A stretch of DNA of 64,000 bases from Bythopirellula sp. (GCA_965216565.1 OZ244170.1:3680001-3744000), one strand, 5' to 3'; counted from the first letter of the stretch, positions 45,254-54,841 are shown. A program made the numbers and translations. Notes: generated by a model from the sequence alone, not told the origin.

Positions 45254-46876
45254 ATGGCCAAACATGGCAAATACGACTGCGTCATTATCGGCGGTGGTCA
45301 CAATGGGCTCGTCTGTGCTGCTTATCTCGCCAAGGCGGGACGAAAAGTTTGCGTGCTGGAACGCCGTCACGTGCTCGGTGGTTGTGCCACCACCGAAGAA
45401 CTCTGGCCCGGCTACAAAGTTTCGACCGCGGCCTACGTGATTAGCCTGTTTCAAACCGAGATCATCAAAGAGCTGCAGCTTAAGTCGCACGGTCTGCGGA
45501 TTTTGCCGCGCTCGCCCTCGTCGTTCACGCCGCTGCCCGATGGCCGCAGTCTGACGATGGGCCCCGACGAAGCGCTGAATCATCGCGAGATCAGCAAATT
45601 CAGTCCTCGCGATGCAGCCACGTATCCTCGCTACGAAGCGCTGCTGGAACGCATCGCAGCGGCGCTGGAGCCCACGCTCAGCCAAGCCGCGCCCGACCCC
45701 CTGCCCTTGCCTTCCGGCTGGCGCGACATCGGCATGGCCAAACGGCTCCGCGACGGGAAAAAGCTGTTCCAAATGCACAGTGCTCTCAAAGCGCTCGGTG
45801 CCGACTTGCCCGAGGCGGTGGAGATTCTCACCGGCGCCGCCCGACCGATTCTTGAGAGATGGTTTGAAAGCGAAGTGCTCAAAGCCACGCTCGCCACCGA
45901 TGCCATCATCGGCGCATTCACCTCAATCAGTTCGCCCGGCAGCGCTTACGTGTTGCTGCACCACGTGATGGGCGAAGCTGGGGGATCGCGCGGCGTGTGG
46001 GGCTATGTGCAAGGCGGCATGGGTGGGTTGGCCGATTCCATTGAATCAGTTTGCAAAGAGCTGGGCGTAGAAATCCGCCGCGAGGCCCCCGTCCATTCCA
46101 TCCACACCAGCAAACAGGGTGTGGTGGGCGTAGGCCTCGATGACGGTTCGCAGATCGAAGCCCGGGTGGTCGCCTCCAGTGTCGACGCGCATCTCACCTT
46201 CGAAAAATTCTTGCCGCCCGAGGTGTTGCCCGAGGAATTCCGCGCGGCAGTCTCTCGGATCGATTACTCTTCCGCCTCGGCCAAAGTGAATCTGGCCCTC
46301 GCCGAGCCGCCCAACTTCACCGCCCTGCCGTCCACCGGCGTCATGCCGCATCACCATGGCACGATGCACGTCGGCCCGACGCTCGACTATCTGGACCGTG
46401 CCTACGACGACGCCAAGTACGGACGACCCAGCGACGAGCCGGTGCTCGAGATGACGATGGCCACCAGCGTTGATGACACCATCGCCCCCAAGGGCAAGCA
46501 CTTGCTGTCGATCTTCGTCCAATACGCACCCTACCACTTGGCCGAGGGACATTGGGACGATCAAAAAGAGGCCTTTGGCGATCGCTGCGTGGAAATCCTC
46601 TCCCGCTATGCCCCCAACGTGCCGGATGCGATCGAACATCGGCAAGTCCTCAGCCCCTTGGACCTCGAGCGCACCTACGGCATCACCGGCGGCAACATCA
46701 TGCAGGGCGCGATGGGCCCGCACCAACTCTATTGCTTTCGCCCCGTCGCCGGCTGGGCCGACCACCGCACCCCGGTGCCCGGGCTCTATCTCTGTGGCGC
46801 CGCCAGCCATCCCGGCGGCGGCGTGATGGGCGCCTGTGGCCGCAACGCGGCAACGGAGATCTTGCGAGACCGGTGA
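45254..46876 (+). CDS. Phytoene desaturase-like (PYROXD2-like) FAD oxidoreductase
   Basis: IGGGHNGLVCAAYLA, GGMG, SPLDLE..YGITGGNI, GLYLCGAASHPGGGVMG. Confidence 0.88.
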   Translation: MAKHGKYDCVIIGGGHNGLVCAAYLAKAGRKVCVLERRHVLGGCATTEELWPGYKVSTAAYVISLFQTEIIKELQLKSHGLRILPRSPSSFTPLPDGRSLTMGPDEALNHREISKFSPRDAATYPRYEALLERIAAALEPTLSQAAPDPLPLPSGWRDIGMAKRLRDGKKLFQMHSALKALGADLPEAVEILTGAARPILERWFESEVLKATLATDAIIGAFTSISSPGSAYVLLHHVMGEAGGSRGVWGYVQGGMGGLADSIESVCKELGVEIRREAPVHSIHTSKQGVVGVGLDDGSQIEARVVASSVDAHLTFEKFLPPEVLPEEFRAAVSRIDYSSASAKVNLALAEPPNFTALPSTGVMPHHHGTMHVGPTLDYLDRAYDDAKYGRPSDEPVLEMTMATSVDDTIAPKGKHLLSIFVQYAPYHLAEGHWDDQKEAFGDRCVEILSRYAPNVPDAIEHRQVLSPLDLERTYGITGGNIMQGAMGPHQLYCFRPVAGWADHRTPVPGLYLCGAASHPGGGVMGACGRNAATEILRDR

Positions 46877-46929
46877 TATGTGTGAGGGTAGATGTTAGAT
46901 TGTTGATGTGGGACAACATTCAAGCGAAC

Positions 46930-47004
46930 GTAGGGTGGCGCCGCCAGGCCCACCGTTTCGGTTGGTTTGTACCAGCACCAACGTTGTGCCGCGGTTTCGC
47001 TTGG
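46930..47004. repeat. GTAGGGTGG-type REP-like element (family H) copy 1
   Basis: Aligns over ~70 nt as a direct repeat with 48124-48195. Confidence 0.75.
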
Positions 47005-47019
47005 GGACGTCCTGCGAGC

Positions 47020-47823
47020 TTAATTCGCTGCCACGATCGCGCTGTCGGTGCGGCGGAAGACCACGTGGATCTCGTCCTCTCGCACGTCGAGCGCCTCGAT
47101 GCGAATCTTTGCATCGTCCGGCACGGTCGAAATCGTTAGTGTCGGCCTCTCGCCGCTGACGTCTAGCGCGATCCCCTCTGGCAAAACGGGATCGGTCTTC
47201 AGATATTGTTCAAGAATCGTTGCCGCCGGTAGCGGCAGCTTGCCCACAAGCACACGATGCAACTGGAACGTCAGATCAGTTTGCTGGCTCTTCGCCACGG
47301 CAAACTCGCACGACAGCACAACGTCGGTTGCTGGCGTTTCCAGCGTGATTGCGAAACGGATCATGTCGTCTGCCAGCGAAAGGTGCGGCCGCCGCAATTT
47401 TCCACCCGACTCGGAAAATTCCTGCTCCAGCCACGCATTAAGATGCCGTTCTGCCACGGTATAGGCGAATGTATCTTGGGTAACGTCCGGCGAACGGATC
47501 AACTTCTTTAAATCGCGTGCCACCTGCTGTTGGTCGCCATGAGGATTCTTGACGAGGACATCTAACTGTTCCGGCGGCATCTCCTGAAGACGCCGAAAGT
47601 CTTCCGCATCCAATTTCAAGAACAGACCTAACGAGTTGGTCATTCGTTCAAATTCTGCCGTGGCGGCTATCGAGTCGGCCTGGTTCACAGGCTGCTCCAG
47701 GGCCGCGGCATAGAAAGCGGGTGTGGAACTCGCCAACCAATAGCAGCAGGCCACCACGCCCAGAAGGCAGCAGAACATTAGCAGACAAATATGTACGCAG
47801 CGCCTAATCAGTTTGAAAATCAT
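47020..47823 (-). CDS. Hypothetical membrane-anchored protein
   Basis: N-terminal TM, PAFYAAAL, VGKLPLP; start uncertain (47823-47859). Confidence 0.75.
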   Translation of the reverse strand: MIFKLIRRCVHICLLMFCCLLGVVACCYWLASSTPAFYAAALEQPVNQADSIAATAEFERMTNSLGLFLKLDAEDFRRLQEMPPEQLDVLVKNPHGDQQQVARDLKKLIRSPDVTQDTFAYTVAERHLNAWLEQEFSESGGKLRRPHLSLADDMIRFAITLETPATDVVLSCEFAVAKSQQTDLTFQLHRVLVGKLPLPAATILEQYLKTDPVLPEGIALDVSGERPTLTISTVPDDAKIRIEALDVREDEIHVVFRRTDSAIVAAN

Positions 47824-47994
47824 GAAGTCGACATCCATATTGATAAATCGAATTGACAAACCTGCAGCATTCTTGAGCTTCTACAAACAGGCACGCCTTC
47901 CAGTAAAGTATAGGTCACGCCAGGGATATGGACGGCCGCTCCCATTTTGCACGGCTTTCGTAGCGCCCGACGTGTCGTCGTGGTTCAAGAAAGC

Positions 47995-48116
47995 GGGTAG
48001 CACCGGTTGGCCGCGAGACCTACCGGTGTGACGACAGTCACAAGAGGCCTCGGGAAAGACTCGAAACCTCCTGTCGCGGCGCGACCCAGGTAGGCTATCA
48101 CCAACCTGGGCTACCC
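47995..48116. repeat. GTAG-type inverted REP doublet (family I)
   Basis: GGGTAGCACCGGTTGG..CCTACCGGTG and CCCAGGTAGG..CCAACCTGGGCTACCC. Confidence 0.7.
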
Positions 48117-48123
48117 CTAGGGT

Positions 48124-48205
48124 GTCGGGTGGCGCCGCGAGGCCCACCGTTTTGGTTTGTATCTGCACAATCGATGTGCCGCCGCTTCGCTTTGGCAAGC
48201 CCTAC
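48124..48205. repeat. Family H copy 2
   Basis: GTCGGGTGGCGCCGCGAGGCCCACC...CCCTAC. Confidence 0.7.
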
Positions 48206-48394
48206 AGTTCTACCTTCGTGGCTAAAACTATCTCCGCGACTCTGCGTCTCTGCGAGAAAACCCCTCCCCCACACGATTCCCGACTCGCGGGCCCTAGAAC
48301 TACCCCGTGCGATGTGAGATGTTAGAATCAAGGTGTGGACCGAGTTCGAAAACGTCCACATCATCCTTCGAACATCAAACATCCCACATCCCCA

Positions 48395-48781
48395 ATGCCC
48401 TCCGAAGAAGAACTCTACCAAGAACACATCCTCGATCATTACGAAGATCCGTTCCATCGCGGCACGCTCGACGAGGCCAGCCATGCCCACGAAGATAAGA
48501 ATCCGCTGTGCGGCGACGTGGTGCGAATTGAGCTGAAGCTCGCGCCCGATGGCAAAATTGAGGACGCCTACTTCACCGGCGAAGGCTGCGTCATCAGCCA
48601 GGCGTCGGCTTCGATGCTGCTGGAAGAAATGCATGGTAAAACGGTCGACGAAGTGAAGGATTTCACCGCCGAAAAAATGCTGGAACTCTACGGCCCCCGC
48701 CTTACCCCCAACCGCCAAAAATGCTGCCTGCTCTCCTGGAAGGTCCTGCAGTCGGCGGTCCATGCACCATTAGAGAACTAA
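48395..48781 (+). CDS. sufU: SUF system NifU/SufU-type protein
   Basis: LYQEHILDHY, NPLCGD, GEGCVISQASAS, RQKC. Confidence 0.85.
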   Translation: MPSEEELYQEHILDHYEDPFHRGTLDEASHAHEDKNPLCGDVVRIELKLAPDGKIEDAYFTGEGCVISQASASMLLEEMHGKTVDEVKDFTAEKMLELYGPRLTPNRQKCCLLSWKVLQSAVHAPLEN

Positions 48782-48792
48782 AACTACAATAC

Positions 48793-48860
48793 TCTCGCAG
48801 AGACGCAAAGGCACAGAGAAACTGCAGATCGAATCTTTGCGGCTCTGCGTCTCTGCGAGA
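48793..48860. repeat. CGCAGAGA-type inverted repeat (family G)
   Basis: TCTCGCAGAGACGCAAAGGCACAGAGA ... TCTTTGCGGCTCTGCGTCTCTGCGAGA; half copy at 48231-48257. Confidence 0.75.
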
Positions 48861-48892
48861 ACTAACTTAGAATTAGTAGTTCGTTGAAATCG

Positions 48893-50185
48893 ATGAGCAC
48901 TATCGACCAATCACAAACCGAGCAATCCATGCTGCTCCCCGAAGCGTTGCGCGATGACTTTCCGATTCTCACTAGCGACATCCACCAGGGCCAGCCGCTG
49001 GTGTTTTTGGACAATGCCGCCAGCACTCAACGTCCGCGACAGGTGATCGACGCGATTAGCGGCGTTTACGAGCGCGACTATGCCAATGTCCATCGCGGCA
49101 TCCACACACTCAGCGAACGGAGCACCGAGCAATACGAGCAGGCTCGCGGTAAGGTTCAGCGATTTATCAACGCTGCGAACCCGCAGGAAATCATCTTCAC
49201 GCAGGGAACGACCGCGTCGATCAACTTGGTCGCCAGCAGTTGGGGTGGTAGCAATCTCCAGCCGGGTGACGAAATCCTCACGACGGTGATGGAACACCAT
49301 TCCAACTTGGTCCCCTGGCAGCAGGTGGCCGAGCGAACCGGTGCGGTGCTTCGGCATGCCACGCTCACAAGCGACGGCCAGCTCGACATGGAATCGTTCG
49401 ATGCACTGCTCACGGAGCGAACCAAGCTGGTCGCTGTCACTAGCCTGTCCAATACCTTGGGCACGGTGAATCCGATCCAACAAATCGTTGCCAAAGCGCA
49501 CGCTGCGGGTGCTTTGGTGCTGGTGGACGCCGCCCAAACGGTTCCGCACATGCCGGTGGATGTCCAGGCGTGGGATGCCGACTTTGTCGCGTTCAGCGGT
49601 CACAAGATGCTGGGCCCCTCGGGCGTAGGCATTCTGTATGGCAAAGAATCGCTGCTCGAGGCAATGCCGCCGTTCCTGGGCGGAGGCAGCATGATCAACG
49701 AAGTGAAGCTCGACAGCTTCACCCCCGCCGAGCTACCCGCTAAGTTCGAAGCCGGCACGCCGCCGATTGCGCCCGCCATTGCGATGTCCGCAGCCATCGA
49801 CTATCTCACGAACGTTGGCCTCGAAGCGATCCATGCCCACGAACAGCATTTGGTCGCACTGGCCTACGATGCTTTGAGTAAGATCGACGGCCTGAAGATT
49901 TTGGGCCCCGCGCCCGAGCATCGCTCGTCGCTGGTGAGTTTTTCGTTTGATCGCATCCATGCCCACGAATTCGCTCAGGTGCTGAACGATAGTTATGGCG
50001 TTGCCGTCCGTGCGGGTCACCATTGCACGCAACCGCTGCACAGTTTGCTGGGCATCACCGCCAGCACTCGGGCCAGTTTCTATCTATACAACACGCCTGC
50101 TGAAGTCGACCGACTGGTCGAAGGCATCGCGGCGGTGCAGAAGATGTTTGCTCCCAAGGGACGCAAACGACAACGGCGTAGCTAG
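48893..50185 (+). CDS. sufS: Cysteine desulfurase, SufS family
   Basis: FLDNAAS, ANVHRG, MEHHSNLVPWQ, FSGHKMLGP, VRAGHHC. Confidence 0.93.
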   Translation: MSTIDQSQTEQSMLLPEALRDDFPILTSDIHQGQPLVFLDNAASTQRPRQVIDAISGVYERDYANVHRGIHTLSERSTEQYEQARGKVQRFINAANPQEIIFTQGTTASINLVASSWGGSNLQPGDEILTTVMEHHSNLVPWQQVAERTGAVLRHATLTSDGQLDMESFDALLTERTKLVAVTSLSNTLGTVNPIQQIVAKAHAAGALVLVDAAQTVPHMPVDVQAWDADFVAFSGHKMLGPSGVGILYGKESLLEAMPPFLGGGSMINEVKLDSFTPAELPAKFEAGTPPIAPAIAMSAAIDYLTNVGLEAIHAHEQHLVALAYDALSKIDGLKILGPAPEHRSSLVSFSFDRIHAHEFAQVLNDSYGVAVRAGHHCTQPLHSLLGITASTRASFYLYNTPAEVDRLVEGIAAVQKMFAPKGRKRQRRS

Positions 50186-50298
50186 AAATCCTTTCTTTGG
50201 ATAGATTCTCGAATCTTTGCTATATTGAAGTGGCGATCAGTTCTGGGGCCTCGGAACACCCCCTGATCTCTCCCCACAGCGAAGGAATCGACTTCCCG

Positions 50299-51210
50299 AT
50301 GCGCAGTTTCTCCATGCCCGTCCGTTCTCGATGTCGCTGGTACGACTCGGCATTCACGCTCGTCGAGTTGTTGGTTGTGATCAGCATCATCGGCGTCCTG
50401 GTAGCTCTGCTGTTACCAAGTATTCAAGCATCGCGCGAGTCGGCCCGCCGCACTGCCTGCTCCAACAACCTCCGACAGATGGCCTTGGCGGTGGAAAATT
50501 ATCATACCTCCAAACAGGTTTTTCCTCCCAGCAGTACGCACGATGTCACTACGAATTGGGATTTGCTAGAGCAGCATAGCTGGTCCAGCTTGGTGCTCCC
50601 CTACTTGGAACAAGACTCGTTGAATCAGTCGATCGACTACGAGCAAGAGCTAACCTCCCCAGAGAATATCACCGCTGCCACGACCATCGTTTCTATTTAT
50701 CGTTGCCCTTCTTATACCGGGGATGAGTACAGCACCAAGGAAGAGTACGCCAGCGTCGGCGACTTCGCCATCGGCAACTATGCCTCGATCGGCGCGAGCA
50801 CGGTTGGACACATTTGGGGAGAAACCTTGAAACCAGACGGCGTCATTTTCCCGCTGGCAGAAATACGTGCCCAGGACGTCACCGACGGTTTGACACACAC
50901 AGTTTTTCTTTGCGAAACGCGTGAAGAAGGGTTTCGCGTTTGGATGGATGGCCTGACGGCTGGGCTAACATCACTGCGTTTTAGACAGGGGGGCCCACGC
51001 TACGCAGGACCGGAGATTTCCTTAAACTATAAGCCTTACTACCCAGTAACACCGCACTTAGACTATGGCCCATCGAGTATGCACGCCGGGGGAGCGTTTC
51101 ATTCCTTAGGCGATGGCTCGGTTCGTTTCATTGCCGACGACATCGAACCCGAAAATTATATCGCCTATTGCACTCGAGCCGGTAGCGAAGTCTTCGATCA
51201 TGGCCTTTAG
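50299..51210 (+). CDS. DUF1559 prepilin-type N-terminal cleavage domain protein
   Basis: AFTLVELLVVISIIGVLVALLLP, ARRTACSNNLRQ, TDGLTHT, SMHAGG..LGDGSVRF. Confidence 0.95.
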   Translation: MRSFSMPVRSRCRWYDSAFTLVELLVVISIIGVLVALLLPSIQASRESARRTACSNNLRQMALAVENYHTSKQVFPPSSTHDVTTNWDLLEQHSWSSLVLPYLEQDSLNQSIDYEQELTSPENITAATTIVSIYRCPSYTGDEYSTKEEYASVGDFAIGNYASIGASTVGHIWGETLKPDGVIFPLAEIRAQDVTDGLTHTVFLCETREEGFRVWMDGLTAGLTSLRFRQGGPRYAGPEISLNYKPYYPVTPHLDYGPSSMHAGGAFHSLGDGSVRFIADDIEPENYIAYCTRAGSEVFDHGL

Positions 51211-51856
51211 TTTTCGATTCATCCTGCCGTCGTTCTGCATGCTCTCAATTCTTGTCGGCTGCGGTCCGAGTGAGACCGATCAACTGCTGACCCAACTCCA
51301 CGACCCGGATGTCGAAGTCCGACGGGCTGCCGTCCAGTCGTTGTCGGAAACAGAAGGTGAGCCGATTTCGATTGCCCTGGCAGAGACCATTCAGGACTCG
51401 GATCAATTTGTTCGCCGGGCAGCAATCGAGGCCCTGAGACAACGCACCCCACCGGCCGTCGCCCAGCTTCCTCAGATCCTACCGGCCCTGGAAGACCCAG
51501 AACTCTCGGTCCGTTTGGCCGCGGCAGTTACGATTCAAAAACTCGACGCTAGCGAATCTCGTTCGCAATCTCTGTTGATCGAAGCGTTACGCGGGGGCGA
51601 AGGTGGAGTTTTTTTGGATGTGGCCGAACTGGGGCCCCATGCCAAGTGGGCCGTGCCGACTTTGAAACAGCTCCTCGCGCACCCCGATACGAAAATCCGA
51701 GCCCTGGCCGCCTTCACCTTGGGAAAACTTGGTCCGGCGGCAATCGACGCCGAATCAGCATTGCAGCGGGCCACGAAGGACCAAGAAGAAATCGTCCGCA
51801 AACGAGCAACGCAAGCACTCGAGCTCATTCAGCCCACTGCCAAGAATGAGCCCTAA
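51200..51856 (+). CDS. HEAT-repeat lipoprotein
   Basis: Lipobox LVGC; repeats DPDVEVRRAA, DSDQFVRRAA, DPELSVRLAA, HPDTKIRALA. Confidence 0.85.
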   Translation: MAFSFRFILPSFCMLSILVGCGPSETDQLLTQLHDPDVEVRRAAVQSLSETEGEPISIALAETIQDSDQFVRRAAIEALRQRTPPAVAQLPQILPALEDPELSVRLAAAVTIQKLDASESRSQSLLIEALRGGEGGVFLDVAELGPHAKWAVPTLKQLLAHPDTKIRALAAFTLGKLGPAAIDAESALQRATKDQEEIVRKRATQALELIQPTAKNEP

Positions 51857-51885
51857 GCATCGATGAAGAATGACTTGTCCCTAAG

Positions 51886-51922
51886 TTCCTCGCCCCTTAG
51901 GGGAGAGGCTAGGTGAGGGGGG
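51886..51922. repeat. Single copy of family A hairpin repeat
   Basis: TTCCTCGCCCCTTAGGGGAGAGGCTAGGTGAGGGGGG. Confidence 0.8.
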
Positions 51923-52068
51923 ACCACACTACGAAAATAGTTCTCCCCCGATCCCATAATCTGCAGGCAAGCCCACGCTTTCGATCAGATTTCTGACCCC
52001 TCTGCCAGCACACGCGGCACTCTCTTTACATTCTCGTTACACGCCACTCGGCGAACTTTTCGTAAAGT

Positions 52069-52095
52069 GAAACTATCGAAAGTATCGTAGCGTGT
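52069..52095 (+). promoter_or_regulatory. Candidate ECF-type promoter
   Basis: GAAAC-N17-CGTGT about 60 nt upstream of ATG 52154. Confidence 0.45.
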
Positions 52096-52153
52096 TTCGT
52101 GTTGGGCAACGTGCCCTCGCGTGTTCCCTTTTCTTGCAGAGAGGAGTTTTGTG

Positions 52154-53506
52154 ATGTCTCGAATCAAACTATCTTGGGCCGTGCTGGCACTATTTGCACT
52201 GATGCTGCCTGCCGTGAACCTGCTTGCGCACCCCGAAGCCATTCCTGATCCGGGCGAGCAAGTTGCGGAGAATCCCGCGGCTGATGCCGTCGAAACAGTG
52301 GTCACTCAACTGGTCAAAGAGGAAAAAAACAAGGAGACACCTCCGGGCAAATTCCCCACGTTCTTAAAGAAGAGCATCGCCTGGCTGATTGCCGCCCAAC
52401 ACAACGACGGTGGCTGGGGCGGTGGCTCGCATTCCAAACAAAGCATCCGCGACCCCCATGCCGTGGTGACCGACCCCGCGACCACGTCATTCACTCTGCT
52501 CTCGCTCATGCGTTCGGGCCATACCCCGATTAGCGGAGAGTACAAAGAACAGGTCAACAAGGGTTTGGAATACCTGCTCGCTGCCGTTGAAAAAGCGAAG
52601 ACGGAAGGCCCGCTCATCACCGACGTCACCGGCACCCAGCCACAAACCAAGCTAGGCCGTTTTGTCGATACCTCCATGACCGCCCAGTACCTGGCCCGCG
52701 TGTTGCCACTGTTCAAAGAGAAGGATCCAATGCATCTGCGAATCGATGCGGCGCTCGACAAGTGTCTCGCCAAACTGCAAGTCTCGCAGCAAGCCGATGG
52801 CAGTTGGGGCAAGGGTGGCGGTTGGGCTCCCGTGCTACAGTCTTCGCTTTCCTGCTCGGCGCTCGAGATCGCTGCCGCCAATGGTAAGCAGGTCGACCAG
52901 GAAGTCCTCGACAAAGCTCGCAAATATCAGAAGGACAACTTCGACGTTTCCTCTGGTCGGGCGAAGTCGGAAGCTGCCGCCGGCGTGGAACTCTACGCCT
53001 TTGGTGGCTCACTGCGTGGCAATGCCTCGGATGCTCGCGAGGCGCAGCAGCAAATTTCCAAGGCCAAAGAGGAAGGAAAACTGGCCGCAGACGCCTCGAT
53101 CAATGAAGAGTCGCTACGGATTTCTGGCGTCAAGGACGTCGACCAGGCAAAAAAGCTGGCCCAGGCCGCTGCACAGAACCAAGCCCAACTGCGCCGCTTG
53201 GACGACGAAAACTTACTCAAAGGTTTTGGCAATAACGGTGGCGAGGAATTCTTAAGCTACCTGATGACGAGCGAATCACTCGTGATCGCCGGGCCCAAGC
53301 AGTTCAAAAAGTGGAATGACAAAATGCTCACCCGCATGGAGAAAATCCAGAACGCCGATGGCTCCTGGAACGGGCACCACTGCATTACCAGCCCCGTGTT
53401 TTGCACAGCCGCGGTTGTGCAGTGTCTCACGACGGAAAACGATGCGGAGTTTCTCACCGAGATGGCCAATCGCACGGCTGGCGAGAAACTCGTCAGCAAC
53501 GAGTGA
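52154..53506 (+). CDS. Secreted prenyltransferase/squalene-cyclase (QW) repeat protein
   Basis: GAGGAG SD, signal peptide; QHNDGGW, QQADGSW, QNADGSW. Confidence 0.85.
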   Translation: MSRIKLSWAVLALFALMLPAVNLLAHPEAIPDPGEQVAENPAADAVETVVTQLVKEEKNKETPPGKFPTFLKKSIAWLIAAQHNDGGWGGGSHSKQSIRDPHAVVTDPATTSFTLLSLMRSGHTPISGEYKEQVNKGLEYLLAAVEKAKTEGPLITDVTGTQPQTKLGRFVDTSMTAQYLARVLPLFKEKDPMHLRIDAALDKCLAKLQVSQQADGSWGKGGGWAPVLQSSLSCSALEIAAANGKQVDQEVLDKARKYQKDNFDVSSGRAKSEAAAGVELYAFGGSLRGNASDAREAQQQISKAKEEGKLAADASINEESLRISGVKDVDQAKKLAQAAAQNQAQLRRLDDENLLKGFGNNGGEEFLSYLMTSESLVIAGPKQFKKWNDKMLTRMEKIQNADGSWNGHHCITSPVFCTAAVVQCLTTENDAEFLTEMANRTAGEKLVSNE

Positions 53507-53528
53507 ATGATCGTTTGACGCCATACAG

Positions 53529-53594
53529 TCCCTCTCCCCCTTGGGGGGAGAGGTTAGGAGAGGAGGCTCCCGGAGGCAGGTGTGCCTCCGGCTA
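53529..53594. repeat. Adjacent family A (53529-53563) and family B (53570-53594) repeats
   Basis: TCCCTCTCCCCCTTGGGGGGAGAGGTTAGGAGAGG then CCGGAGGCAGGTGTGCCTCCGGCTA. Confidence 0.85.
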
Positions 53595-53644
53595 GGCGGT
53601 ACACTCAAATTCTTAATTGCCTCGTCGACTTTGGAACTTCTCCC

Positions 53645-54841
53645 ATGCGAATCATCTTTGTTTTGATCTTGTTGAGTGTGACGGCGTGGGCGTCTCTTGC
53701 CCCAGCCGAACCGACCACACGGGAACGAGCCCTCCAACATGCAGCAGAATTCCTCTGGAGCAAACAACAAGCCGACGGCTCCTGGCGGAGCGACTACTAC
53801 GGCGTGATGCGCAGCGGCCAATCGCTCACGCCATTTGTGCTCTTCGCTCAGATGTTGCACATCGACGAACTATCCTCCGCAGAAGCAGGACGCATCCGGA
53901 AGGCCACGCAATTCCTCCTGGCTCACCTCGACAAACAGGGTGCCCTCGGCCGTAGTGATCCAGACATTTTGGAATATCCCGTTTACAGCACGTCGTACGC
54001 CATCGAAAGTTTGCGGCACATCCTCAAGTATCAAAAGGCATGGGGTCCAGGTCCGTGGGACGAAATCCGTGAAGCGCGACAACGTATGATAGATTTCTTG
54101 GCACAGGCTCAATACCAGGAAGCCAACGGATTTGAAGAAACACACGTCGCCTACGGAGGCTGGGGATTCAACGCACCGGTCGGCAAGGGAGTTGTGGGGC
54201 ACATGGACATCGCGCACACCCGCAAAGCGCTCGCCGCGCTTGCTTCCACCGCTGACGAAGACGAATTGAAACAACTTCGTAACCGTGCAGAACTGTTTCT
54301 GCTCTTGATGCAAAAAGATCCGCGAGCGAAAGCAACCCAGCCGCATCCCGTGGAAGTCCCCGAGGATAAATCTTCCTCACACTACGACGGTGGCTTCTAC
54401 TTTTCCCCCGTCGCCCTTTCTGCCAACAAAGCGCCCTACGATGAGAAAACCCATAGTTGGCCCAGCTACGCGTCGGCCACATGCGATGGCATTCTGGCGC
54501 TACTGGCGGCAGGCGTTTCGGCAGACGATCCGCGTGTCGTTGCCGCCACCGATTGGCTGCGCAAGCATCCCGAAGTAGATTATCCCCAGGGCGTCCCCGC
54601 CGATCATCCCGAGCCTTGGGGCGATGCCATTCGGTTCTATCACTACGCCGTTCGGGCAGAGGTTTATGACAAGCTGTCATTTCCCACTGAAGACAAGCAG
54701 CGTCTGCTCACGGCAATTCTCAAACACCAGCTACCGGACGGAAGTTTCTCCAATTCGGATAGCCCGCTGATGAAAGAAGACGACCCGCTCGTATGCACCT
54801 CGCTAGCGATGATCGCACTCGCTCACTGCAGCATGGACTAG
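53645..54841 (+). CDS. Secreted prenyltransferase/squalene-cyclase (QW) repeat protein
   Basis: Signal peptide; FLWSKQQADGSW, YGGWGF, DGGFYF, QLPDGSF. Confidence 0.85.
   Translation: MRIIFVLILLSVTAWASLAPAEPTTRERALQHAAEFLWSKQQADGSWRSDYYGVMRSGQSLTPFVLFAQMLHIDELSSAEAGRIRKATQFLLAHLDKQGALGRSDPDILEYPVYSTSYAIESLRHILKYQKAWGPGPWDEIREARQRMIDFLAQAQYQEANGFEETHVAYGGWGFNAPVGKGVVGHMDIAHTRKALAALASTADEDELKQLRNRAELFLLLMQKDPRAKATQPHPVEVPEDKSSSHYDGGFYFSPVALSANKAPYDEKTHSWPSYASATCDGILALLAAGVSADDPRVVAATDWLRKHPEVDYPQGVPADHPEPWGDAIRFYHYAVRAEVYDKLSFPTEDKQRLLTAILKHQLPDGSFSNSDSPLMKEDDPLVCTSLAMIALAHCSMD

Noticed and set aside
45254..46876. Carotenoid or hopanoid gene cluster
   Set aside because: No phytoene/squalene synthase nearby; the protein resembles the generic PYROXD2-like group, so crtI was not assigned.
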